Of a stretch of DNA of 64,000 nt, positions 48,727 to 62,979 are shown one piece after another; the first letter of the stretch is position 1; each line of letters begins with the position of its first letter. Location: assembly GCF_009914755.1 (NCBI RefSeq), contig NC_060932.1. One strand, written 5' to 3'. The stretch is from the human T2T-CHM13v2.0 reference genome, Homo sapiens. Both the position numbers and the translations under genes were made by a program. Below the pieces are notes generated by a model. That model saw only the letters and a program-made list of their open reading frames with translations. It had not been told where the DNA came from and did no database searches.

Positions 48727-51056
48727 TGTATTAGTCTGTTTTCACACTGTTATAAAGATACAACCAGAGTATGGGTAATTTATAAGCAAAAGAGGTTTAA
48801 TTGACTCACAGTTCCTCATGGCTGAGGAGGCCTCAGGAAACTTACAATCATGGCAGAAGGTGAAAAAGAAGCAAGCACCTTCTTCACAAGGTGACAGGTG
48901 AGAGAGAGTGAGCAAAGGGGAAGTTCCACACTTTTAAACTTTCAGATCTCATGAGAATTCACTCACTATTGTGAGAATGGGATGAGGGAAACCAGCCCCA
49001 TAATCCAGTCACCTTCCACCAGGTCCGTCCCTCAACTCATGGAGATTACAATTTGAGATAAAATTTGATAGGGACGCAGAGCCAAACCATATCATTCTGC
49101 CCCTGGCCCATCCCAAACCTCATGTCCTTTTCACATTTCGAAACCAATCATGCCTTCCCAATAGTCCCCAAAAGTCTTAACTCATTCCAGCATCAACTCA
49201 AAAGTCCAAGTCCAAAGTCTCATCTGAGACAAGGCACATCCCTTCTACCTATGAGCCTGTAAAATCAAAAGCAAGTTAGTTACTTCCAAGATACAATGGA
49301 GGTACAGGCGTTGGGTAAATGTTCCCATTCCAAATGGGAGAAACTGGTCAAAACAAAGGGACCACAGGCCCCAGACAAGTCTGAAACCTGGCTGGGCAGT
49401 CATTAAATCTTGAAGCTCCAAAATCTCCTTTGATTTTATGTCTCATATCTAGGGCATGTTGATGCAAGAGGTGGGCCCTCACAGCCTTGGGCAGCTCTGG
49501 CCCTGTGGCTCTGCAGGGTACAGCCCCTGCAGCTGCCTTTCCCAGCTGGCATTGAGTGCCTGTGGCTTTTCCAGGTTCTTGGTGCAAGCTATTGATGGAT
49601 CTACCTTTCTAGGATCTGGAGGATGGTAGCCTTCTTCTCACAGCTCCACTAGGCAGTGCCCCAGTAGGGACTGTGTGTGGGGGCTCCAAACCCATATTTC
49701 CCTTCTGCATTGCCCCAGCAGAGGCTCTCCATGAGGGCTTTACCCCTGCAGTAGACTTCTGCCTGGACATCCAGGCATTTCCATACATCCTCTGAAATCT
49801 AGGTGGAGGATCCCAAAGTTGAGCTCTGGTCTTCTGCACACCAGGAGGCCCAATACCACGTGGAAGCCACCAAGATTTGAGGCACCCTCTGAAGCAATAG
49901 CCTTAGCTGTACCTTGGCCCCTTCCAGCCTCATCTGGAGCTGGAGTGGCTGGGATGCAGGGCACCAAGTCTTGAAGCTGCACAGAGCAGTGGGGCCCTGG
50001 CCCTGGCCCAAGAAACCATTTTTTTTTCTCCTAGGCCTCCAGGCTTGTGATGGGAGGTCCTTCTGTGAAGGTCTGTACATGCCCTGGAGACAGTTTCCCC
50101 ATCATCTTGGCTATTAACATTCAGCTTCTCGTTACTTATGCAAATTTCTGCAGCAGGCTTGAATTCCTCCCCAGAAAATGGATTTTTCTTTTCTACCATA
50201 TAGTCAGGTTGCAAATCCAAACCTTATGCTCTGCTTGCCTTTTAAACATAAATTCCAATTTCAAACCATCTCTTTGTGAACACATATAACTGAAGGCTTT
50301 CAGAATCAGCCAGATCACCTCTTGAATGCTTTGCTGCTTAGAAATTTCTTCCACCAGATACCCTAAATCATCTCTTTCGAGTTCAAGGTTCCATAGATCT
50401 CTAGGGCAGGGGCAAAATGCTGTCAGTCTCTGCATGAGTGACCTTTGCTTCAGTTCCCAACAAGTTCCTCATCTCCGTCTGAGACCACCTCAGCCTGGAC
50501 TTCATTGTTCATATCACTATCAGCATTTTGGTCAAAGCCATTCAACAAGTCTCTAGACAGTTCCAAACTTTCCCACATCTTCCTGTCTTCTTCAGAGCCC
50601 TCCAAACTGTTCCAACCTCTGACTGTTACCCAGTTCCAAAGTCACTTCCATATTTTCAGGTTATCTTTATAGCAGTACCCCACTCTGCCTGTACCAATTT
50701 TCTGTATTAGTCTGTTATCACTCTGCTATAAAGATACCACCTGAGACTGGGTAATTTATAAACAAAAGAGGTTTAATTGACCTCACAGTTCTGCATGGCT
50801 GGGGAGGCCTCAGGAAATTTACAGTCATGGAGGAAGGTGAAGGAGAAGCAAGCACCTTCTTCACAAGGCGACAGGAGACAGAGGAGTGAGTGAAAGGGAA
50901 GTGCCTCACTTTTAACCTAATCAGATCTTGTAATAACTCACTATCAAGAGAACAGCATGGGGGAAACCGTCTCTATGATCCAATCACCTCCCTTGACATG
51001 TAGGGATTACTATTCAAGATGAGATTTGTGTGGGAACACAGAGCCAAACCATATCA
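48727..51056 (-). mobile_element. Full-length THE1 (probably THE1D/C) MaLR element: 3' LTR 48727-49094, internal region, 5' LTR 50703-51056
   Basis: Both LTRs run tgtattagtctg...gccaaaccatatca (reverse of TGATATGG...TAATACA); about 1.6 kb internal region; 5-bp TSD gttac/gtgac. Confidence 0.93.
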
Positions 51057-51904
51057 GTGACCAAACACCACAAATTTCACTTTTGAGTACATGTTATAGG
51101 ACATTATAACTATTTCTTAATTTATGAAATCCAAATTTGAAATATCAAATCCTTTCTTAACTGTTGACTTATAAAAACTATTAGAAATATTTTTCACCTG
51201 CCTTAAGATACTTTTAACAATTCTAATTATGTATCTAAGACTTTTTCTTGCATATTTATTATTATGTGCATATTCAAACATGCCTACTCCTTGACTCTAG
51301 CTAAAGTCTAAGATACCTTTTGATGATACAAAATTGTATCAATCTTTGTTCAATAGTGGTGGTACAGGGTGGGATTTGGTAGCAGAAGGGAGAGATTTGT
51401 TTGGGTTTTTATGTCCCTTTAAACTATATCGGAAAGTATAATCCAGCTTCTACCTTTAAGAAATAAAGGGGGGAAGTTCAAACAGTGGCATCTTCAGTAT
51501 TCACTGGCAACTACAGAACTTATAAGCAGATTCCTATGTCTTTCTTAAAATAGAAATATACTCCCAATGAGATCCCAGGAACACAGAGGCATTCTATTGT
51601 TCTTATGAATCAATCAAGATCAAATGGAAGATAGATAGTGTCTTGGGGGAACCCTTCCCCAGTTTTGTTGTCTTTGAAAATTTGAAACCTTAAAGGTAAA
51701 AGGTAATAGGTACCAACTTATTTCCCTTACTTTCATATGTTCACAAATTAGGAGTTCTACATTGTGAAATTTGGGGTGGTATATTTTTAAAAAGCTCACT
51801 TAGACCCTATACTCCTCTAGCAGTTGAAGGCCACAATGAAATCAGAATTCCACTATGAGGGCTTTACAGACCATCTTGAGAGAGAGCCTTGTTTCATGGG
51901 ACAA

Positions 51905-51935
51905 TGTATGTGTATGTAGTGTGTGTGCGTGCAGG

Positions 51936-51972
<37 letters not shown>

Positions 51973-51992
51973 TAGAGAGAGAGAGAGAGAGA
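51905..51992. repeat. (TG)n(GA)n microsatellite
   Basis: Direct reading. Confidence 0.95.
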
Positions 51993-52794
51993 AGGTATGG
52001 AAGCAAGAGCCCAAATCGGAACCAGTTACCTCTGAACACCCTGGCAAAGCAAACCCAAAATATAAGATCTAAATTCAGTTTGGTTTTTCCAAGCTGAAGG
52101 CAGTAGAATGACATCCAACCAAAATTTCCAGCTAAACCCTAAAACAAACAAACAAACAAAAAAACTGTGGAGTCATGATTTCCCCAATTTTTTTTAAAGG
52201 AGGGAGAATAAAAGAGAAAGTGTTTTATATTATTGACCTTGGATCTAAAAATGTGAGATTCGGTGCATAGAAAAATCTGTTGACTGCTTAACTGTTCTTG
52301 CCACTCACCTGGATAAAACCCAAATACATTCACAACCACACAACCACTGAGATGAAGAGGCCATATGGCTTGTAATTAGACTCTCACTTTCGGCCAAGAT
52401 ATTGAGACATTTATTACATTTGCTATTTAGTATTCATCACATCTTACTGCCCAGGAAAAAGGCACCAAGGAAGAGATTAAATTCATCCTTCCCCTTTTTG
52501 CCACTCACCACTCAAGCTTCATCCTACCCCTTTCCCCCAGTCAAAAGGAATCAATTTCTAAAAATAATACATGGAAAACAATGCTTGCAACTAGTCAAGA
52601 ATGCTTTGCTTCTTCTTTATATGAAAATATCAAGCAAGCACCATCAAGCTCTTGGGCCAGAGCAGTAAGACAGGCTTGTCAGCTCTGAATGCTCCCCCAA
52701 AAAGCAGCTCAAAGTGAACCCAAGATTTCTTTGATTTTTGGCCATCTAGGTTCAGTGAGCAAACTTACTGGTCAGGTTTATTGAGATAGTCTTT

Positions 52795-53080
52795 CAATAG
52801 CAAACATTTGCTGAGCACTTAGTATTTGCCTGATGCCATGCCAGGGGCTAGAGGAAATGAAGACATAGTTCCTGGTACTTTGGACCTTACAAACTAGAAG
52901 GGGAGAAGGGAAGACAAATATTAAGTAAATAATCACATGAAGAACTAGTTAATTTACAGGTACAATAAGCCTGCCAAAGGAGAAGCACAGGGGCTGTGAA
53001 AGTGAGCACTTGGGGCCTCACCTGCGTGCAGGTTGAGGACACTTTCCCACGAAGTGACATTTAAAGCAGAAGACTTTAAG
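52795..53080 (-). mobile_element. L2 fragment
   Basis: caaacatttgctgagcactta...tgccaggggctag...aagacatagttcctg. Confidence 0.65.
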
Positions 53081-53499
53081 AAGGAGGAGGAGTTGAGGGG
53101 TAGGGGATTCTGGGGATGGTGCACTCTAGAAGGGACCAATCTTAGTACAAGCAAAGAATTGTCACAGCCTCTCCCCATATTCTTGTGGATAAGATGGTGA
53201 ATGGAGCTTTGCATGCCAGGCAAGGCAGGTAGAGTCATATTGGGCTGTTCTATTGAATAGTTTTATCAAGTAATCGAATGAAGCAGAAGTTGTGCAATGA
53301 CTATTTTTCAAAGAAACCCAAACTGAGATATGCTTAGACAAAGGTTCAAACCATCAAAATGAAACATGATAAGTGGAAGTAGCTGGAATCCCCATCCCCA
53401 ATGTACTAGAGAAGTGCAAGAGTGGTAGGATTACCTAGGAAAGGGGAAAAAGGACTTGAGAGACTCCATGGTGAAAAATGCAAAAATATAGAGGGGAGG

Positions 53500-53885
53500 T
53501 GAAATATTATTCAGCCGTAAAAAGGAATGAGGTACTGATACATGTGGATGCTACAATATGGATGAACCTGGGAAGATCATGCTAGATGGAAGAAATCAGA
53601 CACAAAAGGACAAACATTGTATGATTCCATTTATATGAAATATTCAGAATAGGTAAATCCAAAGAGGCGGGAAGTAGATTGGTGGTTGCCAGGGCCTGTG
53701 GGGCAGGAAGAATAGGGAGCAACTGTTTAATGGGGACTGGGTTCCCTTTTGGGGAGATAAAAATGTTTTGCAATTAGACAAAGTGTGAGTCATACATTAA
53801 CTGTATATGTACTCAATGCCACTGAATTGTTCACTTTAAAGTGGTTGGTTTTAAGTTATGTGAATCTCATCTCAATTTTCAAAAT
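53500..53885 (+). mobile_element. L1MB-type 3' end
   Basis: aaaaaggaatgaggtactgatacatg...attgtatgattccatttatatgaaa...gtggttgccaggg. Confidence 0.85.
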
Positions 53886-56800
53886 ATATAGTAGGGGAGA
53901 GGGTAGACCAAGATTTGACTAGAAAAAGAAACTGAACACCCTTCCTTCAGAAAAGGAGAGTCCTTTGTTCTCTGCAAATTCACGCAGCACAACGAGTGGA
54001 GGAAATCACAGGCCTAAGCCAGGCATTAACATCCACGAAAAGGGACAGGGCAAAGGTGACTCAGCCTATTACACCAGCTACCTTGAGGGCAGTCTACGCC
54101 AGGAGCTAGGACAGAGGGCTGTGGAGTCAGACAATCCTGGCTCAGGCCTCAGCTCTCTAAGATACTGGTTGAGGTTCTCGGGGTAATTCGCCTAACTCCT
54201 TTATCTGTTATTGTTTTTCTCAAATATTAAATGATACAAATAAGTATGACCTGAGTTTCTACCTCAGAAAAAGAATGTTACCATCACCTTTAGAGCTCCT
54301 TGTTTGCTCTTCCCTCCTCAGACGTAATGATCTTAAATCATGTGTAACCAGTTCTTACTATTCTTTTTAGTATTACAACTATATTTATAATCTTAATGGC
54401 ATATTGCTTGGTTTTCCCTATTTTTGAACTTAAATGAATAGATTTATATGCAATAATTATCTTTCTTCATCTTTATTTTTACTGTGTAATATTTCTTTTT
54501 TAAAAAAATAGTTTCAACTTTTATTTTAGATTCGTGGGTACATGTGCAGGGTTGTTACATGGGTATATTGTGTGACGCTGAAGTGTGGGGTACAGATCCT
54601 GTCACCCAGGTAGTGAGCATAGTACCCAATAGTTACTTTTTCAACCCATGTCTGCTTCTCCCCTTCCCACTCTAGCAGCCCGCAGTGTCTGTTATTCCCA
54701 TTTTATGTCTGTGTGTGCTCCATTCAGCGTTGTCCTTCTGAGATTCATTCACATTGTGACTGTCATTCATGTATTTTCACTGTTGTATAATATTTTGGGA
54801 GAACATCCCATAATTTACTTATCCATTCTACTGCTAATGGACATTTGAGTACTGTCCACTTTTTGCCATTACAAACGGTGCTGTTATGAATGTTCTTGCA
54901 TGTATTTTCTGGTGCATGAATGCTAGAGTTTTTCTAGGTATATACGGAGGATGCAATTACTTAGTCAAAGGATATGCACTTGTACAACTTATTAGGTAAC
55001 ATCAAGCAGTTCTGCAAAATCATTGCACTAATTTACATTCCCACTAACCGGTAACGAGAGTTCCTGTTGCCCCACACCCTTGCCTCCACTTGACATCCCC
55101 TGATGGTAAATGTGTGACAATCTAGTAGGTGGGAAATGGTGTGTCATTGTGGTTCTAATTTTTATCTCCTTGATTAAAGTTGAACATCTTTTCATATGTT
55201 CATTGCTCATTTGGGTTTCCCCTTCTATGAAATGCCCTTTCAGATCTTTTGCAGGTTTTAAAATTATATCATCTGCCTTTTCCTTACTGATTTTTAAAAT
55301 ATTCTGGGTATTGATTCTTCATTGATTATGTTTATTTAAAACATATTCTCCCAGTTTGTGATTTGGTGTTTTACTCTTTATGGCATTTTTTGATGAATCA
55401 AAGTTCTTGATTTTAATGTAGACAGACTTTCAGTCTTTGCCTTTACGTTTAGTGATTTTTGTGGTTTGATTAAGAAATCCTGTGCTACCTCAAACATATA
55501 AAGATGTTCTCCTATATAGATTTTCAAAGTTTTATAGTTTTGCCTTTTCACATATAAGAGTTTAATCACCTGGAATTGATTTTTACATGTAGTATGATGT
55601 GGGACTCCAATTTCATTTTTTTTCCAGATAGAAAACAAATTGTTTCAGCACACTGATTTCTAATTTTGGTTTTGATAAACATTAAGTTTCAATAGATATA
55701 TGGAGCAGTTTCTGGGCTTTCTGTTCTAGTCCGTTGGTCTTTTTTTTTATGCAATACCAAGCCCATTTATCACAATCCCTAATATCTGTTTAAGCAAATC
55801 CTCCTCACTTGTACTTCAGGTGAGTCATATATCCTTAGCATTTTGCTTTCTTATATAAATCTCAAAATCAGGTTTTTGTCAAGTTATTTAACAAGAATTC
55901 CCTAAGCAAAACTTTTTAGGATCTTGGTTAGAATTGCAGTGAATCTACAGATCAACAGGTAGAATTGACACCTTTAAGAATCTGAGTCTTTTAATATGTG
56001 ACATGGTATATTTCACCATTTATTAGCTTTCACTAAGGATGTATTTTCTATATCTTTATTACATTTATTTTTGAATACTTTACCATTTTTCTTACTACCA
56101 ATCAATTATATATGTATTTTCCTACTTGTTTTCTGGCATATAGAAATGTACTTTTAAAAACATTGATTTTTGAATCCAAGAAACTAGGTAAACTCTCTTG
56201 CTAATTTTAATTATTTACCTGTAAATTCTTTAGGGTTTCTACTTAACTGTTTGTCTCATCTGTGAGTACTGACAGTTTTGATTCTTCCCCTCCATCTCTT
56301 ATCATTTTTTATTTTTTTTAAACCGCACCAAGTATGTGAACCCAGTTTTTGTTTTGCCTTTCTGTGTTTGCCAAGACTACTAGTAAAATGTTGAAGAGAA
56401 GGTACTTTCAGGGTTGCATCATAATTAGTAGGTTTGCCGTAGGTTTTTGATCAGGTTAAGAAAATTGTCTTCTATTCCTATTTTGTTAGACCTTCATATT
56501 TGATCACGGATGTAAAATTTTTTCAAATATTTTTTCTTCATCAGAGATGGTCATGATTTTTCTCCTTTGATCTGTTAATGTGATGAATTATGTGAATTGG
56601 TTTTCCAATATTAAAACAACTTTGCACTCCTTAGATAATTAAATTCAGCATAGTCTTCATGTATTGACTATTGTATTATTTGATGAAATGAGCTGGTCAA
56701 TATTTTGTTTTAGATGTTTGTGACAATATTAATGAGAGTGGTCTATAATTTCCCTTTCTCAAACTTTCCTTACTGTATTTTGTATCAAGATTATGCCTCA

Positions 56801-57347
56801 TGAAATAAATTACGAAGTATTCCTTTGTTTTTTACTTCTCTTGGAGAGTTTGTGTAATACTGGGATTCTTTCTACAGGATTCTGAAGAACTTTCTGGGCT
56901 AGCATGTAACTGTGCAAATTTTAAACTATTGATTTAATTTACTTAATGTTTATAGACCAGTTAGGTTTCCCTTCTTTTTTATTTACAAAAAGAAAAAATG
57001 GTTTCTTCAAGATTTCCTCTTATCCTTCATACATCTATAGTATCTGCATGATTATTCTGTTTTTTATTCTTTACATTGGTCATTTCTGCTTTCTCTCTCT
57101 CTCTCTTTTTTTTAACCATTCTCACCAGATGTCTTACAATATTATCAGTCTTCTCAAATAAACAACTTTTGGTTTTGTTGATTGTTTCTACTTAATTTCT
57201 TTCTTTCTTTCTTATTTCTCAGTTTATTTTGTTCATTTTCTAACTTCTTAATTTTTGTACTTCTTAATTTTCAGCCCTTCCTCTGTTCTTACATTAAAAA
57301 TTTAAGACTATAAATTTTGAATTTTCTTATAAGTTATACTTTAGCTT

Positions 57348-57349
<2 letters not shown>

Positions 57350-57387
<38 letters not shown>
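57350..57387. repeat. (CA)n microsatellite
   Basis: Direct reading. Confidence 0.95.
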
Positions 57388-57391
<4 letters not shown>

Positions 57392-57716
57392 ATGTTCTTA
57401 TATTGTTCTCATCATCTGAGTTCTAAATATTTTCTGATTTCTATTATGATTTTTTCTTTAAGCTAGGCCTGTGTATATCTTAATTTTCAATCTTGGGATT
57501 TCGAGGTTACTTTTTGTTGTTTGTATCTAACTTGACTGCTCTGTGATCAGAAAATGTCAACACTATGATACCAGTGCTTTGAAATGTCTTAGGACTTGCT
57601 GTACAGCCTGGAACTTAGCCAGTTTTTATAAATGTTCCACATTGCTTCAAAACAACACATTCTGCATTTGTTATGTTCATTGTTCCATATATGTCTATTG
57701 AATAAAGCTAATTTAT

Positions 57717-58089
57717 TGTATATATTAGTTTGCTAAGGCAGCCATAACAAAGTACTACAAACTGGGGGTTTAAACAACAGAAATTTATTCTCTCACAGTT
57801 CTGGAGGTCAGAAGTCAGAGATCAAGGTAGCAGGGTTGGTTTCTTCTGACACCCCTCTTCTTGTTTTGTAGCTGTTCATCTCCCTATGATTTCACATGGT
57901 GTTTCCTCTGTGTCCAAATCTCTTCTTGTAAGGACACCAGTCCTGTTGGATTAGGGCCCACTCTAGTGACTTCCTTCTAACTTAATTACCTCTTTAAAGA
58001 CCCTATCTCCAAATATGATCACATTGTAAGGTACTAGGAATTAGGACTTCAACATACGAATTTTGGGGAGACACAATTCTGTCCATAAC
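57717..58089 (-). mobile_element. MLT1A-type solo LTR
   Basis: tattagtttgctaaggcagccataacaaagtac...aacagaaatttattctctcacagttctggagg...cacaattctgtccataaca. Confidence 0.85.
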
Positions 58090-59495
58090 ATAGTCCTTTT
58101 CAAATTCTACATAAGATTTCCTTGCTTGATTTCATGAGTTAGGTGCTGAAAGCAGTCAAATTTTCCACAGTGATGATGAATTTTTCTATTTCTCTATAAA
58201 GTTCTTTCGATTTTTGATTTATGATTTTGATTTTGAGGTTATGTTATTAGTATATATAAGTTTAGAATATTTACAGCTACTTGGTGAATTAAACATTTTA
58301 TTATTATGGAGTCACTTCTAGCCCCAGAAATGCTTTTGTCTTATATCTTATTTTGTCCATTAAAATATACTTACATTAGCTTTCTTCCCACTAGTGTTTG
58401 TGTGGTAAATATGTTTTCATCATTTTAGTCTCTATTTTTATCCTTATTTTTAAATGTAGCTTGGGTTTTTAAAATTCAGTCTGACAATATTTTTCTTTTA
58501 AATAGAGTACTATATCCATTGGTATTTATTATCTTCAATATAATGTACTTTGATCTTTTTCTACTAACCTACTTTTCGTGAGAGGCAATAGAGAAATAGT
58601 CTTGAAGAGAACAGACCTCTGAGAAACACTGCCTTGGTTTGAATATCAGCTCTATTGCTCACTACCCGTGTAACCTTGGCCTAGTTACACAGTCTGTGCC
58701 CATTTTCTTATTTGTAAAATGGTTATAATAACAACCCTACCTCATAGCATTATTATAACTATTGAGTGAGTTAATATACATAAAGTGCTAAGAACACTGC
58801 TGGACATGTAATAAGATATATACATATACCTACTTTCTGGTAATTTTTTTATCATTATATTTATCACTTTAAGTTGACATGTTTTTCCTGTTTCTTTTTT
58901 TTTTTTTCTTTTAAATTGTCAGAGTGTCTTTTCTTATTTGATTTCCTTCTGTCCTCTGATTTGGAAATTATATTCTCTTTTCTGTTCTTTTGGAATTACC
59001 CTGAAAATTTATCAAATGTACTTAATTTGTCAAAGTTTAAAGTCAATTCTTATCTTTACCCTCCTCTTGAACAATACAAGAATTTTGTAACACGTTAACC
59101 CTGATCAACCTATTTCTGACTTATACATTATTTTTATATTTTAGATTTTTCTCAATTTTAAGCCTCGTAAATTTTTATTATTGCTTTGTATATTCAATAA
59201 TTATTTGGTTTTACTGACATATTTTCTGGGTTTTTTTTCAATTATTTTCTTTTTACAGCTCAATTCTTTCATCTGATAACTGTTTCTGCCTGAATTATAT
59301 CTCTAAATTGGGTCTGCAGTTAGAAAAATTTGTTTTTACTGACTGAAAATATCTTTATCATGCTCTTTTAAAAAAGAAATGTAACTTATTAAGAGGGTTT
59401 GTCAAAAAATATAGGTTGATGTCTTCTTTCAGTATATTGGAGACATAGTTTCAATATGTTTTAGCTTCACAGTTTTTTTAGCTCCATAGTTTTAG

Positions 59496-59844
<349 letters not shown>

Positions 59845-59896
59845 CAAAATCTTTATCTTTTGTTCTGCAATGTGACTAAGATGTTTTAAATATGAT

Positions 59897-60187
59897 TTTT
59901 TTGTTTTTCTTTGAGACAGAGTCTCACTCTGTCACCAGGCTGGAGTGCAGTGGCGTGATCTTAGCTCATTGCAACCTCTGCCTCCTGGGTTCAAGCAATT
60001 CTCCTTGCCTCAGCCTCCTGAATACTGGGACCACAGGTGTGTGCCACCACGCCCAGCTAATTTTTGGATTTTCAGTAGAGACAGAGTTTCACCATGTTGG
60101 CCAGGATGGTCTTGATCTCCTGACCTCATGATCCACCTGCTTCGGCCTCCAAAAGTGCTGGGATTACAGGAGTAAGCCACTGCACTC
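59897..60187 (-). mobile_element. AluSc-like
   Basis: gtcaccaggctgg, aggatggtcttgatctcctgacctcatgatcc. Confidence 0.93.
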
Positions 60188-60659
60188 TTTAATTTATCCT
60201 GGCTTGTTCTTGGATCTATGGATTGGTGTATTTCATCAATTCTAGAATAGGCTCAGCCATCAAATCTTCAAATATTGTCTCTCTTTTTTTTTTCTTTCTG
60301 AAAGTTATGTTAGATATGTTAGACCTTATAATTCTATCCATCATGTCCTTTGACCTCTTTTATATTTTCTCTTTGTCTCTCTTAAATTTTGGATAATCTC
60401 TTCCAATCTGTCTTCTACTTCACTAATTCTTTCTTTAGCTGTTAAGCCAATTCATGAAGGTTTTTTCCATGTTTTAATCTCCAGAAATTCTGTTTAAAAT
60501 TTTTATGATCTATTATTTTACTTAATTTATTTAATTACTTTTAAAACATAATTCTTTTGTATTCTGTGTCTGATAAAAGCAGTTATTGAAGTCTTTCTGG
60601 GTCTGATTTAGCCTTCTGCTGTTTATATTGGATCTTAGCATGCATTGTTTCCATATGTA

Positions 60660-60754
60660 ATCTCTGTCTCTCTGTCTGTCTCTCTCTGTCTCTCTCTCTC
60701 TCTCTAATTCTCTGTCTCTCTCTCTGTCACACACACACACACACACACACACAC
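60660..60754. repeat. (TCTG/TC)n(CA)n compound microsatellite
   Basis: Direct reading. Confidence 0.95.
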
Positions 60755-61627
60755 AACTTCTATTTCTCTACCTCTAATAGTTTTTATTATGAGCTCATGT
60801 TTCTTGCAATTTTATAATGATATTTTGAGGCCTAGGTTGAAGGTGAGGTCATTCACTTTTGCTAAGTGCTTGAGAGCACATCTTGCACTGGACCTCTTTA
60901 AACTAAATTATCATCTTGAGGTTTCTCAGAACACAGAGGTATTGAAAACTTGGTCTGCCAACTTGTGTATTCATTGGCTTGCCATTGAACATTTTTGGGG
61001 CAGCTTTCTCAACTCAGCACCCAAATCAAAGGCTAACAAATCTCTCTGTAGATTTAGGAGTAGATTTAGTGATTTTAGAGAAAGCATAACCATTTTGGGC
61101 ACTAGCTTTATGTGAGGAGATTTCTATTAGACTCTCCCTCTAAGCAAACTCTCAGTTTTGACTCCTGTCCCAACAAGGGCCAGTCATCCAATTGTACACT
61201 ACATAATGCCAGGGTGCATCTTTCATATAAACTATACCTTTCCTGTAGATATACGTTGTAGTCTATATGAAAGGTGCCCTTTGATAATGTTCAGTTTCCA
61301 ATCTGCACAACTGTATATGATGGTTCTGTCTGTATTCCCACAAGATGGTGAAAACTAAAGTTCAAGTTCACCAGGTTCAGCAAGTGCCCTCCAGGTGAAA
61401 GCTGGGTTTGGTGCTTTGGTTTTATAATTCCATAACTGACAAAATTTGAATAGAGTAAAGACAGTGCCTCCTCCCTTTCGAAGTCCTTAAAATGGTAGGT
61501 ATATTGATATCTTATGAATTGAGTTGATTTGCCAGTCATGAATTCAACAAAAATACCTATCACTTGCTTCATTAAAAGAACTGTAACATGATGAGAGTGT
61601 TTATTGCTTTGCTTTGTTTATTTTTAG

Positions 61628-61722
61628 ATGTGGACTTTCCAGTTTTTCTCCAGCCTACAAATGCAAATGAGAAAACACAGCTAATCAAAGAAGGATCTCG
61701 AAGTTATTGCACAGACTCTTGA
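61628..61722 (+). CDS. DNAJC5B: DNAJC5B last coding exon ([31 protein letters not shown])
   Basis: Acceptor tttgtttatttttag|AT, phase 1 matches exon 5, TGA at 61720-61722. Total CDS 119+214+172+95=600 nt = 199 aa plus stop. Confidence 0.96.
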
Positions 61723-61935
61723 TATTGAGCCCTCAGAGAGTCCACAGTCCCTCCTCTCAGTTCAGTCTTGTCTCCAGATGGTCGTAGGGGAGCGTGTGGG
61801 GCATAAAGTGCTGTGAACTTTTCCATCTTGTTGTTTTATTTTTGGGTTAGGAAAACATGATTGCTATATAATTTTCTCAGTATGCAGACTTTCTCTCTGA
61901 GTAGAATTTCTTATGAAACACATTCAATTTGGGTG

Positions 61936-61941
61936 AATAAA
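61936..61941 (+). promoter_or_regulatory. Candidate proximal poly(A) signal AATAAA
   Basis: AATAAA about 215 nt after the stop codon. Confidence 0.5.
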
Positions 61942-62183
61942 GGCCTGAAGAGTTATTTTACCCTCCTTGCCTGATGTAGGACAGTGGAATTGTACAGCCT
62001 TTATGAACCTGCCCTTTATGTGTGGCAGATCTGATTCCTAACTGACCAAAGTAATATTCCAGAACAAAAGCCACTTTTCTTACATTTAACACAATATTCA
62101 TATCTACCACGAACATGATCATCAAAATATATGAGAACTTATAAAGAGTTTTTGTGTGTGGAGCCTCTTCCGTGTCAATATTC

Positions 62184-62189
62184 AATAAA
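62184..62189 (+). promoter_or_regulatory. Candidate poly(A) signal AATAAA (ATTAAA also at 62265 and 62919)
   Basis: Hexamer followed by T-rich sequence at about 62225-62260. Confidence 0.5.
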
Positions 62190-62979
62190 GTTATAGAAAT
62201 GTTTCAAGAGCCAGAAAGGGATGATTTTTTTTTAAATCACATTTTTAAGGTATATTTTTGGAACATTAAAAATTGGCATTTACTGAAAACTGGAAACCAG
62301 GAAGAAACAGGTTTTGTGTGTACTTTTAGATTGGCTTAAAAACAAAACAAAACAAAACTTCAACCTGGTTAAATGTTGTAAGTGAACCAGAAAATCATTC
62401 TGAGCCTGAACCCGCCCCATCAGCATGTTGATCATTTTCTAGTAAAATAATTTTTGTATAACTGGCTCAGATTAGCCAGACTAAGGGAAAAAAAACAGAT
62501 GAAGGGGTAGAACTCTATACTCTAGAGCCTAAATTTACACCAAAACATGTATCACCTCATTTTTGTTAAAATTAGTTGCCTTGACCAGAAATTGCTCAGC
62601 TCTGTGCATGTTACACAATTTAAGCCCAGAGGTCATCTCTGCATTTGCTTGTTTGATTCTTGTATTTATTATGTGGTAGAAACCATGTGCTATTTCTAAA
62701 ATACTATGGCAGAAAAAGTGTTCGTTTTTCTAGCTCTTTCTTACTTTTTTATATAATATTGCATTTTCAAGATCTTGTTATGTTTTTATATAATATTGTA
62801 TAAAATGCCTTTATCTTTTTTCTTGTTTCTTATTCCCACCCAAAAAATTATAGTTAATTGCTGCTAAATATATATTGTAAGTGAGAATTAGTGTTATAGC
62901 TCTGATAGTTCTGAGGTCATTAAAATTCCACTCTAACTCTTTAGTTACTGAAATTCTTTTTCTAGGCAATCAAGTAGAC

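Noticed and set aside
49348-50710. Cluster of overlapping ORFs on both strands
   Set aside because: THE1 internal sequence with no intact gag or pol.
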